From assembly GCF_009914755.1 (NCBI RefSeq), contig NC_060948.1: a stretch of 64,000 bases of DNA. The stretch is one strand, 5' to 3'. Under the pieces are notes generated by a model. The model did no database searches. It saw nothing but the letters and a program-made list of their open reading frames with translations, and was not told the origin of the DNA. The position numbers and the translations under genes are program-made. Of this stretch, positions 1 to 15,337 are shown in pieces. How positions within the stretch are numbered: the stretch's first letter is position 1; each line of letters begins with the position of its first letter. The stretch comes from the human T2T-CHM13v2.0 reference genome, Homo sapiens.

Positions 1-182
<182 letters not shown>

Positions 183-597
183 TAAGGTTCACAGAGTGCA
201 GCAAGCTCTCTATTTAGAGCCTCTGAGAAGAAACAAGATTAGATCTAGAGCCTTACACCTGCCTCTTCAGGTGGTCTGTGTGAGATGCCAGCAGTGTCAT
301 TCAGTAAATTAAGTTAAACTCAGCCTTGCAACTTTTGCAGGGCTACATCACTGGTATGGGCTGGATTAAGGTCACTGGCTCCAATCCTGGTAGTGCTGTG
401 CCCCCTTAATTTTGTAAGTGAGTCTGCTAAACCCCTCTGAGACTCCATCTTACAGTTCATCAGTGAACATGGAGTTGATGGAGATTGATGCAAGGGGGCT
501 ATGAGTGAGTTGCTAATTTGAGAATAAGGGCATTTACAAGGCACGTAACACTTGTTAGTTTACTTGTTCAAGATGATCTTGCTCTGGGATCTTTTGA

Positions 598-1013
<416 letters not shown>

Positions 1014-1543
1014 AACTGAAAAGCTTTTCATCAAGCTATTCAGCCCCGGGAGCAGCATCTTTCACTTGTACCCTGGCAGTCCTTAGGATATTTGAGAGAA
1101 GTGGTACAGAGGCGAAGCCTGCTGTTGTTTTTTTGGCTGTGCCACTCAGAAGCTCTATAGTTGGGCCATTCTTCTTCTCAGTATTGAATTATGAAACCTC
1201 AGTTTATACCTTTGAAAGCAGGGGATCAGGGAAGTGAGTAAATGCATGTAAAAGTTCTGTAAAGCTGATGATAGGGTGCTGACAGTACACAACTTCAAAA
1301 CTATGAGAACCTGAAGTTAGTGGCCTTGCCTTTAAAGATGCTTATGAAAAACTTGTTGGCTGATTGCTTCACATAAAATAGAAGCAGGAAGACCTTTATT
1401 TAGCAGCTCAGCAGTGAGGAGTGGGAGGGACTGTGAGAGGCAGATAACCTCTCAGGAGACATGTATAAGGAAGTGTTTATTTTGTTTTAGATTTTGTTGG
1501 GTGGTGGTCTGTTAGCTGGCTATTAATGTGAAGGAAGGTATGA

Positions 1544-1726
<183 letters not shown>

Positions 1727-1761
1727 ATTGCAGTAGCAGCATATCTTTTTTTCTTTGCACA

Positions 1762-1800
1762 AATAAACAGTGAATTCTCGTTTCTTAATGTGTTTTTTCC
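1762..1800 (+). terminator. RPS4Y1 polyadenylation signal with downstream GU/U-rich element
   Basis: AATAAA at 1762-1767, 35 nt after the stop, followed by TGTGTTTTTT near 1789-1798. A second AATAAA lies at 1899-1904. Confidence 0.8.
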
Positions 1801-2054
1801 CCCTTGTGGATAATAGTAGGGTTTGAATTTGCTCATGATTTTGGCACTGTCTTAAGATCTCTAGGAATACCACCTATACTTCCTCTGACCCTCCAGTAAA
1901 TAAACCTTTGCTTCCCTCATACATGTTACCCACACCATCTCTGTGGGCAGAGTGATGGAGTAGCATTCCAAAACGAAGTACAAAAAACGTATGACATTTC
2001 AGAAAGGACGGCATTCTTTTGTGGAAGCTATGGGAGATGGTCTTAGTTTTCTTG

Positions 2055-2340
2055 CTTGTTCACATTATTGGTAGAAATTAAATCCTGTGGCTGTAGGAAA
2101 GAGGTCCCTTTTTCCTTGCTGACTGACAATCTGAGCGCTTTTCTCAGCTTCTGGAGGCTATGTGCATTCTTTGCCTAAATGTCCCATTTCTCCATCTTGT
2201 TCAAAGCCAGCAGTGGCAGGTCAGGTCCTTCACATACAGAGTCTTTGGTCTTTCTTTGACCCATTCAGCAATGGTTCTCCACTTAAGGGGGGCCCATTAG
2301 AGTAACCTCTTATTCTCATGGATTGTCACTTTAATGTCGT
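2055..2340. mobile_element. Old MaLR (MLT1-type) LTR fragment
   Basis: Resembles the MLT1 consensus segment (ctgtggctgtagga..gaggtccc..ctccatctt..caaagccagca). Heavily diverged. Confidence 0.45.
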
Positions 2341-2369
2341 ATTTATAGGATCTTTGGATATTGGTTTTC

Positions 2370-3345
2370 TTACAGAAACTTCTATGGCTGGTGGCGCCTT
2401 TGCCTGAGTTTTGCTTGGCCTGCTGGGCTCGTTCTGCCCACTTGGCATCGCAGGCTGTGCTTGGCGTATAATACTGGCCTGGATCCCATGCCTGCCAAGG
2501 GCAAACCAGGCGTGGAGCAGTGAGGAGGGGTATGTGAACAAGCATGAGGTCTGGCCACTGCAGTCACACATGTTGGCTGCTGCCGCTGGGCAGGCAGCTC
2601 CAGGTGCCAGGATGGGTGCTGGCTCTCTGTAAAGCTGCAGCTGGACCAGGTGTACCACAACAGCTTCCACAGCTGGCTCTGGGGAACACGTTAGCACTCA
2701 GAAGCTTGGAGATGCCAGGAACTGCACGGCCTCAAATGGGGAGCCCACATCCCTGGCTCAGGGAGCTCCCAGGTCTTGGCTCCCCAGAGTACTGCAGGGC
2801 TTCTTTCCTCATTGCCTGCAATGTGGCAACCAAGGGGAATGTATCAGCTCTTTTGTGTTACAGGTATATTAGGATTGACATTTGGTGGGTCCTGAGTTCT
2901 TGTCCTGCGTCCAGGAAGAATGAGGTACGTGGACAAGTGGAGGGTGAGCAAGACAGGAGCTTTATTGAGCAACAGGACAGCTCAGAGGAGACCCATGGGG
3001 CAGCTCCACTCCTCAGCCAGGATTGGAGCAGGCTCTGGGAGCCAGGAGAGGGCAGTGGGAGCAGACAGCCTGATCCTGGGGGACGAGGGGTGCCTTCCCA
3101 GGTCCCCAAGGTTGCAGAGTGCAGAGATGGTATTGGGAGCAGGGGTGACATCTGGCAAGTTGTTCTGTGGCCCCAGTGCCCGCCTCTGACAGGTTCCCGA
3201 CCCTGGAGGGGAGTAGGGGTGTAGGGGGGCCAGGGTGCCTCCAGGAGTGGATCGCCGTTGCTTGGTGATCCCCCCATGGGCCCTGGAGACACAGCCTTAG
3301 GAGGCCCTGGCAGAGCCAGATGTATGTGTGCATGCACCTGTGATA
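2370..3345 (-). mobile_element. GC-rich ERV1 LTR, MER52-like
   Basis: GC-rich block containing gttcttgtcctgcgtccaggaagaatgaggtac..tttattgag (antisense poly(A)-signal region) and gggcaggcagctccaggtgcc motifs I associate with MER52. Confidence 0.55.
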
Positions 3346-3351
3346 ATCAGG

Positions 3352-3641
3352 TTTTTGTTTTTTTTTAAATTGAGGCAGAGTCTCACTCGTGTCCAGGTTA
3401 AGGTTTACTAGTGCAATCTTGGCTTACTGCAGCCTCCCCCTCTTGGGTTCAAGGAATTCTTGTGCCTCTCAACCTCCCAGGTAGCTGGGACTAGAGGCAC
3501 ATACCACCATGCCTGACCTGATTTTTGTATTTTTAGTATACAAAATTGGCCTGTCTGGTCTCAAACTCCTGATCTCAAGTGATCTACCCATTTTGGCCTG
3601 ACAAAGTACTGGGATTACAGGCGTCAGGCATTGTGCCTGGC
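3352..3641 (-). mobile_element. Alu (S/J, diverged)
   Basis: Antisense dimeric Alu with poly(T) start. Confidence 0.85.
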
Positions 3642-5004
3642 TGATAATCAAAATTTTGACTCAAGTGCAGCGAAGATACTACACTGGAAAGAAGGTGGGA
3701 TAAGAATTCTCTTGAGTACTGTGTTTATTGTAGTCTCATAGGCACCTCTATTTCAGTGTCCCTTCATCTCCTTATGACTGACAAATCTAAAACTGAATAT
3801 GTTGCTCAAAAATGTCTTCTCTTACCAGCCCTTCCTCCCTGATGTAAGGACAGGATGTAAGGACATCCCTTTCCTCATCACACTTGAGAACCTAGGGTTA
3901 TTGTTACCTTATTCCTCACCTTCATGTCATCATCTCCCTCAAATCCTTTCTGTAAGTGGGTGAATTTTAAATTATATGTAAGTAAACTAATCAGCCACCA
4001 AACATTACCAGCTGGGTAAATTTCTTCCTATCCATTGCCACTGTCACTCCTCTGTTGGAGGATTTTATCCCAGAAATATTTATCTGACTTAACCTTCTCC
4101 ATCCACTGCCTATTATTTGAGTTTGGTCTTCCTGTATTTTAACTAGCTGGTGAGCTCAAAGAGCTACACTGTGAATCCATGACTTTGTTTCCTAGTCTCT
4201 TTCAGGTTTGCCCTGGGGCTCAAAGACAGCAAGTCTTGCCCTCACAAAATACCGCTCCTTCATTGTTTGATATCTTAAACTCTTAAGTATATGTCTGCAC
4301 ATTGGTCCTAATCTTTGCCCTACGCAGGCCCAGGACCTGACAGCCTTTTTCTGTCAGAGATGGAGCCCTCAGGCCTTTGTGCTCAGGCTTTGAAGGTCTA
4401 ATTTTCCTCCCAGCTCTCTTTCCTACCGGGAGGGGTGGCAGCGTAGGACTAAGAACTCACCTTCTATCGGCAACTGAGACAAACTGATATAAAAACACAC
4501 TCATCCAAATGCAAATAACTCGGGGCCCATGACTCTTAATGCAACAAGTCCAAATACTTAATCCCAGCCCTAAGAGACAGATGGAAGAAGGGAGGAAAAG
4601 CGGAATAAGAAAGGAATGAGCACCATCAGTGTCAACAACACTTGACCATAGAAAAAAATCTATTCCTGAATTAAACATTACTTTCTCATCTCTATTCTTG
4701 AGACATATTTTTTGAGTACCTACTGTTTGACATGCACTGAACAGAACAGATAGAAAACACTAAAGCTTGAGCTCAGGTGTGGGAAATTCATGATTTAAAA
4801 AGCAGAACTAAGCAAGGTTGTGCCAGTGACAAGTCTGAATAAATAAAATGGAACTGGGATAGAGACCTCTTTAGGCAGTCCACAAGGCCTCCCTGAGCAT
4901 TGACATTTGTGAGTCAGTAGAATAAAGAGTCAACCAAGAATGCAAGTTAATGGCATGTTGATAGATTTCCTCCATAAAAAAGGGATAGATGCATGCTTCC
5001 CATT

Positions 5005-5510
<506 letters not shown>

Positions 5511-5539
5511 AGATACACTTAAGTGAAACCTGCAATTTA

Positions 5540-5850
5540 CTTTTCTTTTTTTTCTTTTTTTTTTTTTTTTTGAGATGGAGTCTCACTCTGTTCCCCAGGC
5601 TGGAGTGTAGTGGTGCTATCTTGGCTCACTGCAAGCTCCGCCTCTCGGGTTCACGACATTTTCCTGCCTCAGCGTCCTGAATAGTTGGGACTATAGGCAC
5701 CCACCACCATGCCCACTAATTTTTTGTATTTTTAGTAGAGATGGGGTTTCACCGTGTCAGCCAGGATTGTTTCAATCTCCTGACCTCATGATCTACCCAC
5801 CCTGGCCTCCCAAAGTGCTAGGATTACAGGCGAGAGCCACCACGCCTGGT
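5540..5850 (-). mobile_element. AluY
   Basis: Poly(T) head plus full antisense Alu with AluY diagnostics. Confidence 0.88.
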
Positions 5851-5944
5851 GCTATTTACTTCTGGTGTTACAGGTGTGAGCCACCACGCCTGGCACTATT
5901 GACTTTTAGGGGAGCTTGTATGATCTTGAAAATTACAAATGACT

Positions 5945-6120
5945 TCAGTTTGGTGCTACTGCCTTGATCCATTCGTGGTAGGAAGCCAGGAGTCTCAACC
6001 ACCAGTGCCTTTGCACCTTCAGTGCAAACATCAGTGTGGTGAAAAGGGCAGGTAATGTTTGCATGTGAAAATAATTGTGACTTTTTATGTATTCCTGGAA
6101 AGGGTCCCAAGACCTTGATT
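5945..6120. mobile_element. hAT/Charlie-type DNA transposon fossil
   Basis: tttggtgctactgccttgat..ttgcacc.tcagtgcaaa..gaaaagggca..gaaagggtcc resembles an ancient hAT-Charlie consensus. Confidence 0.4.
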
Positions 6121-6827
6121 TTAGGGATGGCTGTGTTGAAACAGGCATTGGAAACTTCTAGAAATTGACCATCTTCAATAGTTCCTTTTCTAGTAAGAAA
6201 GTCAACCAAATACCTACCAGTGCACAATGTCACTTGTGAAGAATTAGTGTGTACGTATCCATACAGTTACATATATGGATATGTTCTGAATACAGTCAGG
6301 CAGATCTAACAGTACATGCAAGAAAATCAGGAGAGGTAGTTTAAAGGATATATGGCATAAACAAACCACACAAGCAATAAAAAGGAAAGCACTTCTAAAA
6401 CATTGAGCAACATGAAAGAGTATCACTGAAGTGGTTTAGAGGAAAGAAAGCTAAACTCAAAAGAGGTTACAATTTATATGTTGCCCAAGAACATAGCACT
6501 TACCTGTGGTACTCAGGTGTGAGCCAGTGTACCCGGCCTTCCTTGTTTTTTGATGTGTGTGTTCATTGCTATGGAATTCTCTCTTAGGAATGTGTTTGCT
6601 GTAACTCTTGTTTTCTCAGAGATTATGTAGAATTATGTTCTTAAAGATATATGGTAGATTATCTTCTATTTTTCATAGGATTAGGTAGAATTGATGTTAT
6701 TTCTTTAGATGGTATCTTTTGAGTTTTTTTTTTAGGAGTCAACATTTTAAATTATACATTTAATTCTGTGAATAGTTATGGGACAATTTAAAGTATCTCT
6801 ATCGATGGGTGGAAGTGCTGTGTCTGT

Positions 6828-7647
6828 TGGTTTTTGTTTTGTTTTGAGACAAAGTCTCAGTCTGTCATTCAGTCTGGAGTGTGGTGACATAATCATGGCT
6901 CTCAATAGACTCAAACTCCTGAGCTCAGGTGAGCTTCCTGCCTCAGTATCCCAAGTAGCTGGGACCACAGCCACACACCACCATGCCAGGGTGCTGAGAC
7001 CAGTTCAGTCGGGGAGACCCTAACCCAGCGGGCGCTGGAGGAATTAAAGACACACACACACAGATATAGAGGTGTGAAATGGGAAATCAGGGGTCTCAGC
7101 CTTCAGAGCTGAGTGCCCCGAACAGAGATTTACTCACATATTTATTAACAGCAAACCAGGCATTAGCATTGTTTCTATAGATATTAAATTAACTAAAAGT
7201 ATCCCTTAAGGGAAACAAAGGGATGGGCCAAATTAAAGGAATAGGTTTGGTTAGTTAACTGCAGCAGGAACACGCCCTTAAGACACAGATCGCTCATGCT
7301 ATTGTTTGTGGCTTAAAAACGTCGTTCAGCGGTTTTCCGCCCTGGGTGGGCCAGGTGTTCCTTGCCCTCATTCCCGTAAACCCACAACCTTCCAGCTTGG
7401 GCGTTAGGGCCATTATGAACATGTTACACTGCTGCAGAAATTTTGTTTATGGCCAGTCTTGGGGCCAGTTTATGGCCAGATTTTGGGGGGCTTGCTCCCA
7501 ACACCATGGTAATTTTTTTTTTAAACTTATTTGTAGAGATGGTGTCTCACCATTTTGCCCAGGCTGGTTTTTAACTGGGCTCAAGCAGTCCTCCTGCCTC
7601 AGCCTCCCAAAGTGTTGAGGTTACAAGGGTGAGCCACCATGCCCAGC
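6828..7647 (-). mobile_element. AluJ split in its middle by a MER9 LTR
   Basis: Alu right-arm sequence at 6828-6991 and left-arm sequence at 7504-7647 flank the LTR. Confidence 0.8.
6992..7503 (-). mobile_element. MER9a solo LTR, HERV-K(HML-3)
   Basis: Minus strand starts TGTTGGGAGCAAGCCCCCCAAAATCTGGCCATAAACTGGCCCC and ends ..CTGGTCTCAGCA (512 bp, TG..CA). 6-bp TSD ccaggg/ccatgg with one mismatch. Confidence 0.88.
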
Positions 7648-7892
7648 ATCTGTGTGCTTTCTGAGAAATGTGTCCATTTTGTCAAAGATTCAAATTTATG
7701 TGTGTATAATTATTTATAGTATTCCCATATTGAGTGTGTATGTATGTGTGTGTAAGGTGTATAGGGTCTGTAAAGCAGAATACCCTGTTTTATCCTGATC
7801 ATGATATTTATTTCTTCATCTTTGTCAGTCTTACTAGAAAGAGGTTGGTCAATTTTATCAATCTTTACACAACCATTCTGTGTTTCAATGAC

Positions 7893-8196
<304 letters not shown>

Positions 8197-9197
8197 TGTT
8201 TCATTGATTTTTATCTATTGTTTCTCTTTTCTATTTGATAGATTTGTATACTTTATTTTTTTTCCTTTTGCTTGCTTTGGATTATTTTTGCCCTTCTCTA
8301 TACAAGTTATTAAAATGGAAGTGTACATTATTGAAATGTATTCTCTTTTCCCATGTTTTAATTTAATGCCATAATTTTACCTGTCAGCACGCCTTCTCCT
8401 TTTACCTTCATCTGATCTGAAATGTGTTTTCAAATTTATCCAGCTCAATGTATTATTTTATTGTTTCTTGACACTTTTCCTTTAACCCTCTGATTATTGA
8501 AGGATTCTTGCTTGACCCAAGGGATAATCGTCCCAGTGTATGGAGATTTTCCTGTTATAATTTTCTTACTGATTTCTACTTTAGTTTTGTTGTAGTTTGG
8601 GAACACACTGGATTATTGTAATTCTTTTTTATTTGTTGAGTTTTGTTTGATGGCAGAGGAACCTTGAAAATAATGTGTATTTTGCATTTAGCAGAGTGTT
8701 CCATAAATGTTCATTAGATGGTTTTGGGTGATGGTGTTACTGAGAGGTCTCTTTTTTGTTGATTTTCTTTCTAGTTGTCTGGTGAATTTTTTTGATAAAG
8801 GATGTTGGCCTTTCGAACTATAATAGATTTGTCTTTTTCTTTTATATTTTTTAGGTTTTGCTTGACATATTTTCAGTTCTGTTTCTTGCTGCATGGACAG
8901 TTCAGATTGCTGTTTCTTCTAGGTTGTTTTATTTAGCATTATACAATATCCTTTACATCGCTGATAATTTTATCTTCTCTAGTCTACTTTATCTGGTAAT
9001 ATATCTATCCACTCCTGTTCTGCTTTTCACTTTTGAACTTTTCAGCCTGTCTGTACTTTTATATGAAAGTGAGTTTCTTGTAGATAGTAAATATGTGGAG
9101 CATGTTGTTAAATCTACACTGCTAATCTCCATATTTTAGTTGGTGCATTTAAACGATTTAGTGTTTACATTTAGTGTTAATTTTTGATATGTTCATA

Positions 9198-9888
9198 GTT
9201 TTCTTGGAACCAAGCCAGGTCTGGCTGCATTTTCTCATGGCCTAATAACTAGAAGCAGACAAACTACATAAGAAGGGAATTTATTGCTGTAACTAGATAC
9301 AGGGAGAAGATGAGATAATTCCAGGAGACCAACTCAAAGTGTTACAATTTTTTGGTGGTTATATAGGTTGGGCTTATGTGCCTACATGCAGTATAGCTTT
9401 TGCCTAAGTCTATTGGCAGCTAAATTTTGTTTCAATTAGGTCAGAGGCCAAAAAAAAAAAAGGCTTGCTAAGTCTGATTCAAAGGGCCCCAGTGCCTTCA
9501 AGGGCTGTCTACTGTGGTACAGCAGTGATTATTTGTATCTTATGTCCTTTTAGAGCTTGATCTGGAGAGGTGCCTTAGACTCTCCAGTGAATCCATTCAA
9601 ACAGCTGCCTCTGTTACCTTGACTCATCTCAGGTTTTGTTGACCAGAAACGGATACTGGCACTAGGAATGTAAGGCTGTCTCTATTATCTTGGCTGGCTC
9701 CAGGTTAGGGAGAAGCCCATGCCAGGCTCCTAATGACCATATGCTTCATTTCTAGCTTTGATGTCTGGGCACTGATTTCTGTAGGTTTAACTCTGCTCAA
9801 CGTTAAGGCAGTGCTATGGAAATTTGTCTGTAACTAGGGTGTTGCACAGGCCTGTGTGTATGACTGTCAGCGAGAACTGTCATGCCAC
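9198..9888 (-). mobile_element. Solo LTR, ERVL-class (LTR42/LTR57-like)
   Basis: Minus strand begins TGTGGCATGACAGTTCTC..CACAGGCCTG..CAGACATCAAAGCTAGAAATGAAGCATATGG and interrupts the L1M. Family name uncertain. Confidence 0.5.
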
Positions 9889-11299
9889 AATAGCTGTTCA
9901 TTTTCTGTCTGCTGGTTTTGTTTTTTCTCCCGAGTTTTATTTTTTGTCCTTTGTGTGGGTTATTTGAAGAGATTTGAGACATTCATTTTGATGTATTTGT
10001 TATCTTTTTTAGTATACCTGAAGAGATATAAAGATATGCCTTTTTTGGTTGTCTTTCTAGGTATTACATTGTGTAAACATAATTTGTCACAGTCTACTGA
10101 CATCAATTTACCTTACCTCCTATTAGTCCCTTTATCATTTCCCGTTTTATACTTGCCTTATATATTTTCTCTACATACATTTATGATGATCTCAGACTGT
10201 GTTACATAATTTTTGTTATAGTAGAGTTTTTAGTTTTAAAATTTCCTTTTCTTTGCTGAAACCTGTAATTTTTACACTTTATACTTGTTCATTAGTTTTA
10301 AGCATGTTCATAATTCTTCATTTAATTATTTTTATGATGGCAGTTTAGGAATCTTTCTCAGATATTCCTGATAACACTGACATTTCTGTATTGACATTTA
10401 TCATGTTGTTTCTTTGAGGTGGAGGCTTTCCTATTGCTTGATTTTTATGAGTGATTTTTATTTGAAACTTGAACATTTAGGGGACTGTTAGGAGACTCTG
10501 GACCTTATTATGATGTTCATTTTTAGCTGATTTTATCTAATACCACCCTAATAGAGGAAAGGGTGTGCTTGTCTAGTAGATGCACAATTCCAAATTCCCT
10601 TCCTCATTTCCTTTGACACCCAAGGTAAGGCTCCTCATTACTGATAAACGAATATGCAGTTTCCAGTGTCACACAAGGCCTTACTTGCACCTCCTAGGGA
10701 AGGATGTCTTATTACCACGAAAACTCTAGTTCTCTATGCTGTCTTCTCTGATTCCACTCCAGCAGAGGGTTGGGGTGCTTCATTACTGCCTATAGAATGG
10801 ATGTTTGCACTTGGACTTTGTTGGCTTGGGTAGGTTTTTTGTTTTGCCTTGTTTTGTGTGTGTTGTTTGGCTAAAGTAGGGTGGCTATTGTATAAAAGCT
10901 TTTTGTCTTAGTAAGATGTCTTTTTCCTAGCCCTGTGGCTAGAGAAGGCGGGCTTGTGAGAACATTTTTGTCTGTGCCTCTTTACATTTTTGGGTACCAG
11001 CTCCTTCAGGACCAACTATGTGATAACATGAAGCCAAAACAAAATCCAGGGAACTCATCCTTTTTATCATTTGCTGGGTCTTAAGTTCCCTCAGCAGTTT
11101 ACCTCTTTGCTCCAATTTTCAAAGTCTTATGCTTGTTTTAGTTATAACACCCAGGGATATTAATTGTATTCATGGTATGATGGAAAAGTACATTTGCTCC
11201 ATCTATTTTATTACTTAAGTGATGACTGAAGATGCAGAACATTTGTACTGTTCCTTTTGGGCAGAAAATTCAAAGTAATTTTTGCTGTTAAAACACTTC

Positions 11300-12287
11300 T
11301 GTGGATGGCAAGCCACCCAGGTGCCGAGGCAAGAGACCAAGGGCACAAGCTGTTCCAGTACAATAAAATATATAAAATAAGAATAGTTATACTAGATATA
11401 GATCTTAGATATGATTATATATGAATATCATTAATCATTAGTTTGTAGCAATTATTCTTTATTCCAATATTATAATAATCCTCGCTCTGTAATCATAACC
11501 TAGGTAAAACCAGGACATACAGAAATAGGAGCTGAGGAGATGTAGTGAGAAGTGACCAGAAGACAAGAGTGCAAACCTTCTGTTATGCCCGGACAGGGTC
11601 ACCAGAGGTCTCCTGGGTCTAGTGGTAATGCCAGCATCTGGGAAGATGCCCATTGCCAAGCAGACCTTGGTCTAGCAGTAGCGTCAGTGTCAAGGAAAAA
11701 CACCTGCTACTCAGCAGACTGGGAAAGGGAGTCTCCCTTTCCCTGGGGGATTTAGAGAAGACTGTGCTCTTCCACCTCTTGTGGAGGGCCTGACATCAGC
11801 CAGGTTCGCCCGCAGTTATCCGGAGGCCTAACCCTCTGCCTGTGATGCTGTGCTTCAGTGGTCATGCTCCTAGTCCGCCTTCATGTTCCATCCTGTACAC
11901 TTGGCTCTGCCTTTTAGATAGCAGTAGCAAATTAGTGAAAGTACTAAAAGTCTCTGATAAGCAGAAATAATGGCGTAAGCTGTCTCTCTCTCCTCTCTAT
12001 CTCTGCCTTGGCTGCCAGAAAGGAAAGGGCCCCTGTCCAGTGGACATGTGACCCACGTGACCTTACCTATCATTGGAGATGGCTCATACTCCTTACCCTG
12101 CTCCTTTGTCTTGTATCCAATAAATATCAGTGTAGCCTGGCATTCGGGGCCACTACCAGTCTCCGCATCTTGGTGGTAGTGGTCCCCTGCTGTCATTTAT
12201 CTCTTTGTCTTGTGTCTTTATTTCTACACTGTCTTGTCTCTGCACATGAGGAGAAAACCCACCAACCCTGTGGGGCTGGTCCCTACA
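11300..12287 (+). mobile_element. LTR13 solo LTR, HERV-K(HML-4)
   Basis: Starts TGTGGATGGCAAGCCACCCAGGTGCCGAGGCAAGAGACC, has the AT-rich U3 block and an AATAAA near 12119, and ends GGGGCTGGTCCCTACA. Approximate TSD actt(t)c. Confidence 0.9.
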
Positions 12288-12342
12288 ACTTTCAACGAAT
12301 TTAACCTAAATAGGGACAGACTACTTTACAAGGTACAGTGTC

Positions 12343-13077
<735 letters not shown>

Positions 13078-13421
13078 TCATGTTGACCACTATTTTTTGC
13101 ATTTGTTTACTCTTTCCTCCTTCCCCCTCGTCTCCCCCTCCCTGCATTTGTTATGTTGTTGCCGTTGCTGTTTGTGTGACACTTGCCTTAACCTTACAAT
13201 ATTGTATTCCACATTTAACCCATCCTTTTCCATCCTCTCATTACTTTCTCCTGCTTCTTCTAAAATTTGATTTTCTTTTTTCTTTGTTCCCCTGGTATTT
13301 ACCCAAGTTAGTCTGTTCACTTTTCATCCTTTTAGGCATCAGACTTTTTTTTGTAAAAAAAAAAAATCATCTTCAACATTTAATCATGTTTACTACAGTA
13401 CCCTATGCAGTTTGAAAACTA

Positions 13422-13731
<310 letters not shown>

Positions 13732-14543
13732 AAACTAAAAAGTGGTATTATATTTTAATGGCATGTGGACATAGGTGAAATGACCATTGTTTTGTGTCAT
13801 GGTATGCCAGCATAAGGAATCAGGATTCCCTGTATAGATCATGGATTATTCATTCCAAACTTTTCCTACTTAGGTGCAATTTGAAAATATATGCATATGG
13901 TCAAATGGCAGCAGTAGGTTTCCAGCCTGAGAAATCTGGCTGTACAAATCCATACACCATCCCAACTTCAGCTTTTCCAGAAAGCTGAGTGATGAATCTT
14001 GTCAGGCTTTAGCTTGTGACACCAGCAGTTTTACAGTATACAAAATCCACTCTGCTGCTTCTGAAAAGTTGCATAGCTGGAATCCCCAGTGTAATCCATT
14101 TCAGCACAACAACTGGGAATCTTTGCTGCAAATAAAGGAAGGCATGGTAAGTATGCAGCTAGTTCTTTCAGGCAAGGACCTGCCAGTCAAAGCAGAAGAT
14201 AGAAAAGAAATTTTAGAAGAGGCAGGGGAAAATCAACACATTTCAATGAGATAAAAGGAAAGAAGCCTTTATGGTGGTATTGCCGAAAGTGTGCACATTT
14301 GCATAGTGGTCAGATAACTGGAAGCTAAAAAGAAAGCTTGATAGCTGAATTGATAACCAGCGACACTAGTTTCATTAAGTCAAAATTGTTCCAACTCTAG
14401 CCAACACTGCTTTGGCCTACCCCTTGAAGAAAGGTTGTGGTGAAGAGCAAAGAGAAAAAGTAATGGCTGAACACCATGAATGTTTGTTTTTGACAATGAA
14501 AGTAGATTTTAATGGGATTAAGCATATAGTCAATATTTACTGA

Positions 14544-14640
14544 TACACACACACACACATATATATATATAAATAAATATATATATATATATATACATAT
14601 ATATAAATAAATATATATATATAAACATACATATATATAT
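14544..14640. repeat. Compound (CA)n/(TA)n microsatellite
   Basis: acacac.. followed by interrupted atatat.. runs. Confidence 0.9.
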
Positions 14641-15044
14641 CAGTCACTGTGTTAGGTCACTGCTGGGTGTCCCAGACAGATAGACAAGAAAATTAATGTG
14701 ATAGATAAGAAACATCTCTTGGAAGGAGTGATGTCTGTGCTGGAGGAGTCTTAAGTAGGCAAAGAGGGAGAGGGGGTCTTTTATCTCCAGGAAAGAAATG
14801 GGGCAAAAGGTACAAGATGGGAAAGGGCATGGCCGAAAGTGGTTTGTTTGAATCTTGCTCCAGATAAACAGTAGTGAAACAGACATGAAGCTGAAAGGTA
14901 GACAAATGTCAGATCTTGAAGTGATTTATTCAGCCATCCTGAGGACCTGGGCTCAAAATCTAGAAGGTATTAAATGCCAACTTAAGAAATTAAATCTGAG
15001 TTTGGATGGAGCATGAAGCCAATGTGATAAAAGTGTGCATTAGA

Positions 15045-15337
15045 GGCTAGGTATGCTGGCTTATGGCTGTTATCCCAGCACATTGGGAGGCAAAGGTGAG
15101 TGGATCACCTAAGGCCAGGAGAGCCTGGCCAACATGGCGAAACCCCGTCTCTAATAAAAATACAAAAATTAGCCCAGCATGGTGCTGCACATCTGTAACC
15201 CTAGCTACTTGGGAGGCTGAGGCATGAGAATCACTTGAACCCAGAGGTGGAGGATGCAGTGAGCTGAGATCACTCCAGTGCACTGTGGTCTGATGACAGA
15301 CTGAGACTCTGTCTCAAAAAACAAATAAATAAATAAA
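15045..15337 (+). mobile_element. AluS
   Basis: Dimeric Alu with (AAAT)n tail. Confidence 0.85.

Noticed and set aside
2544-3337. 226-aa and 159-aa overlapping ORFs
   Set aside because: They lie in a GC-rich LTR where stops are rare on both strands; no recognisable domain or splice structure.
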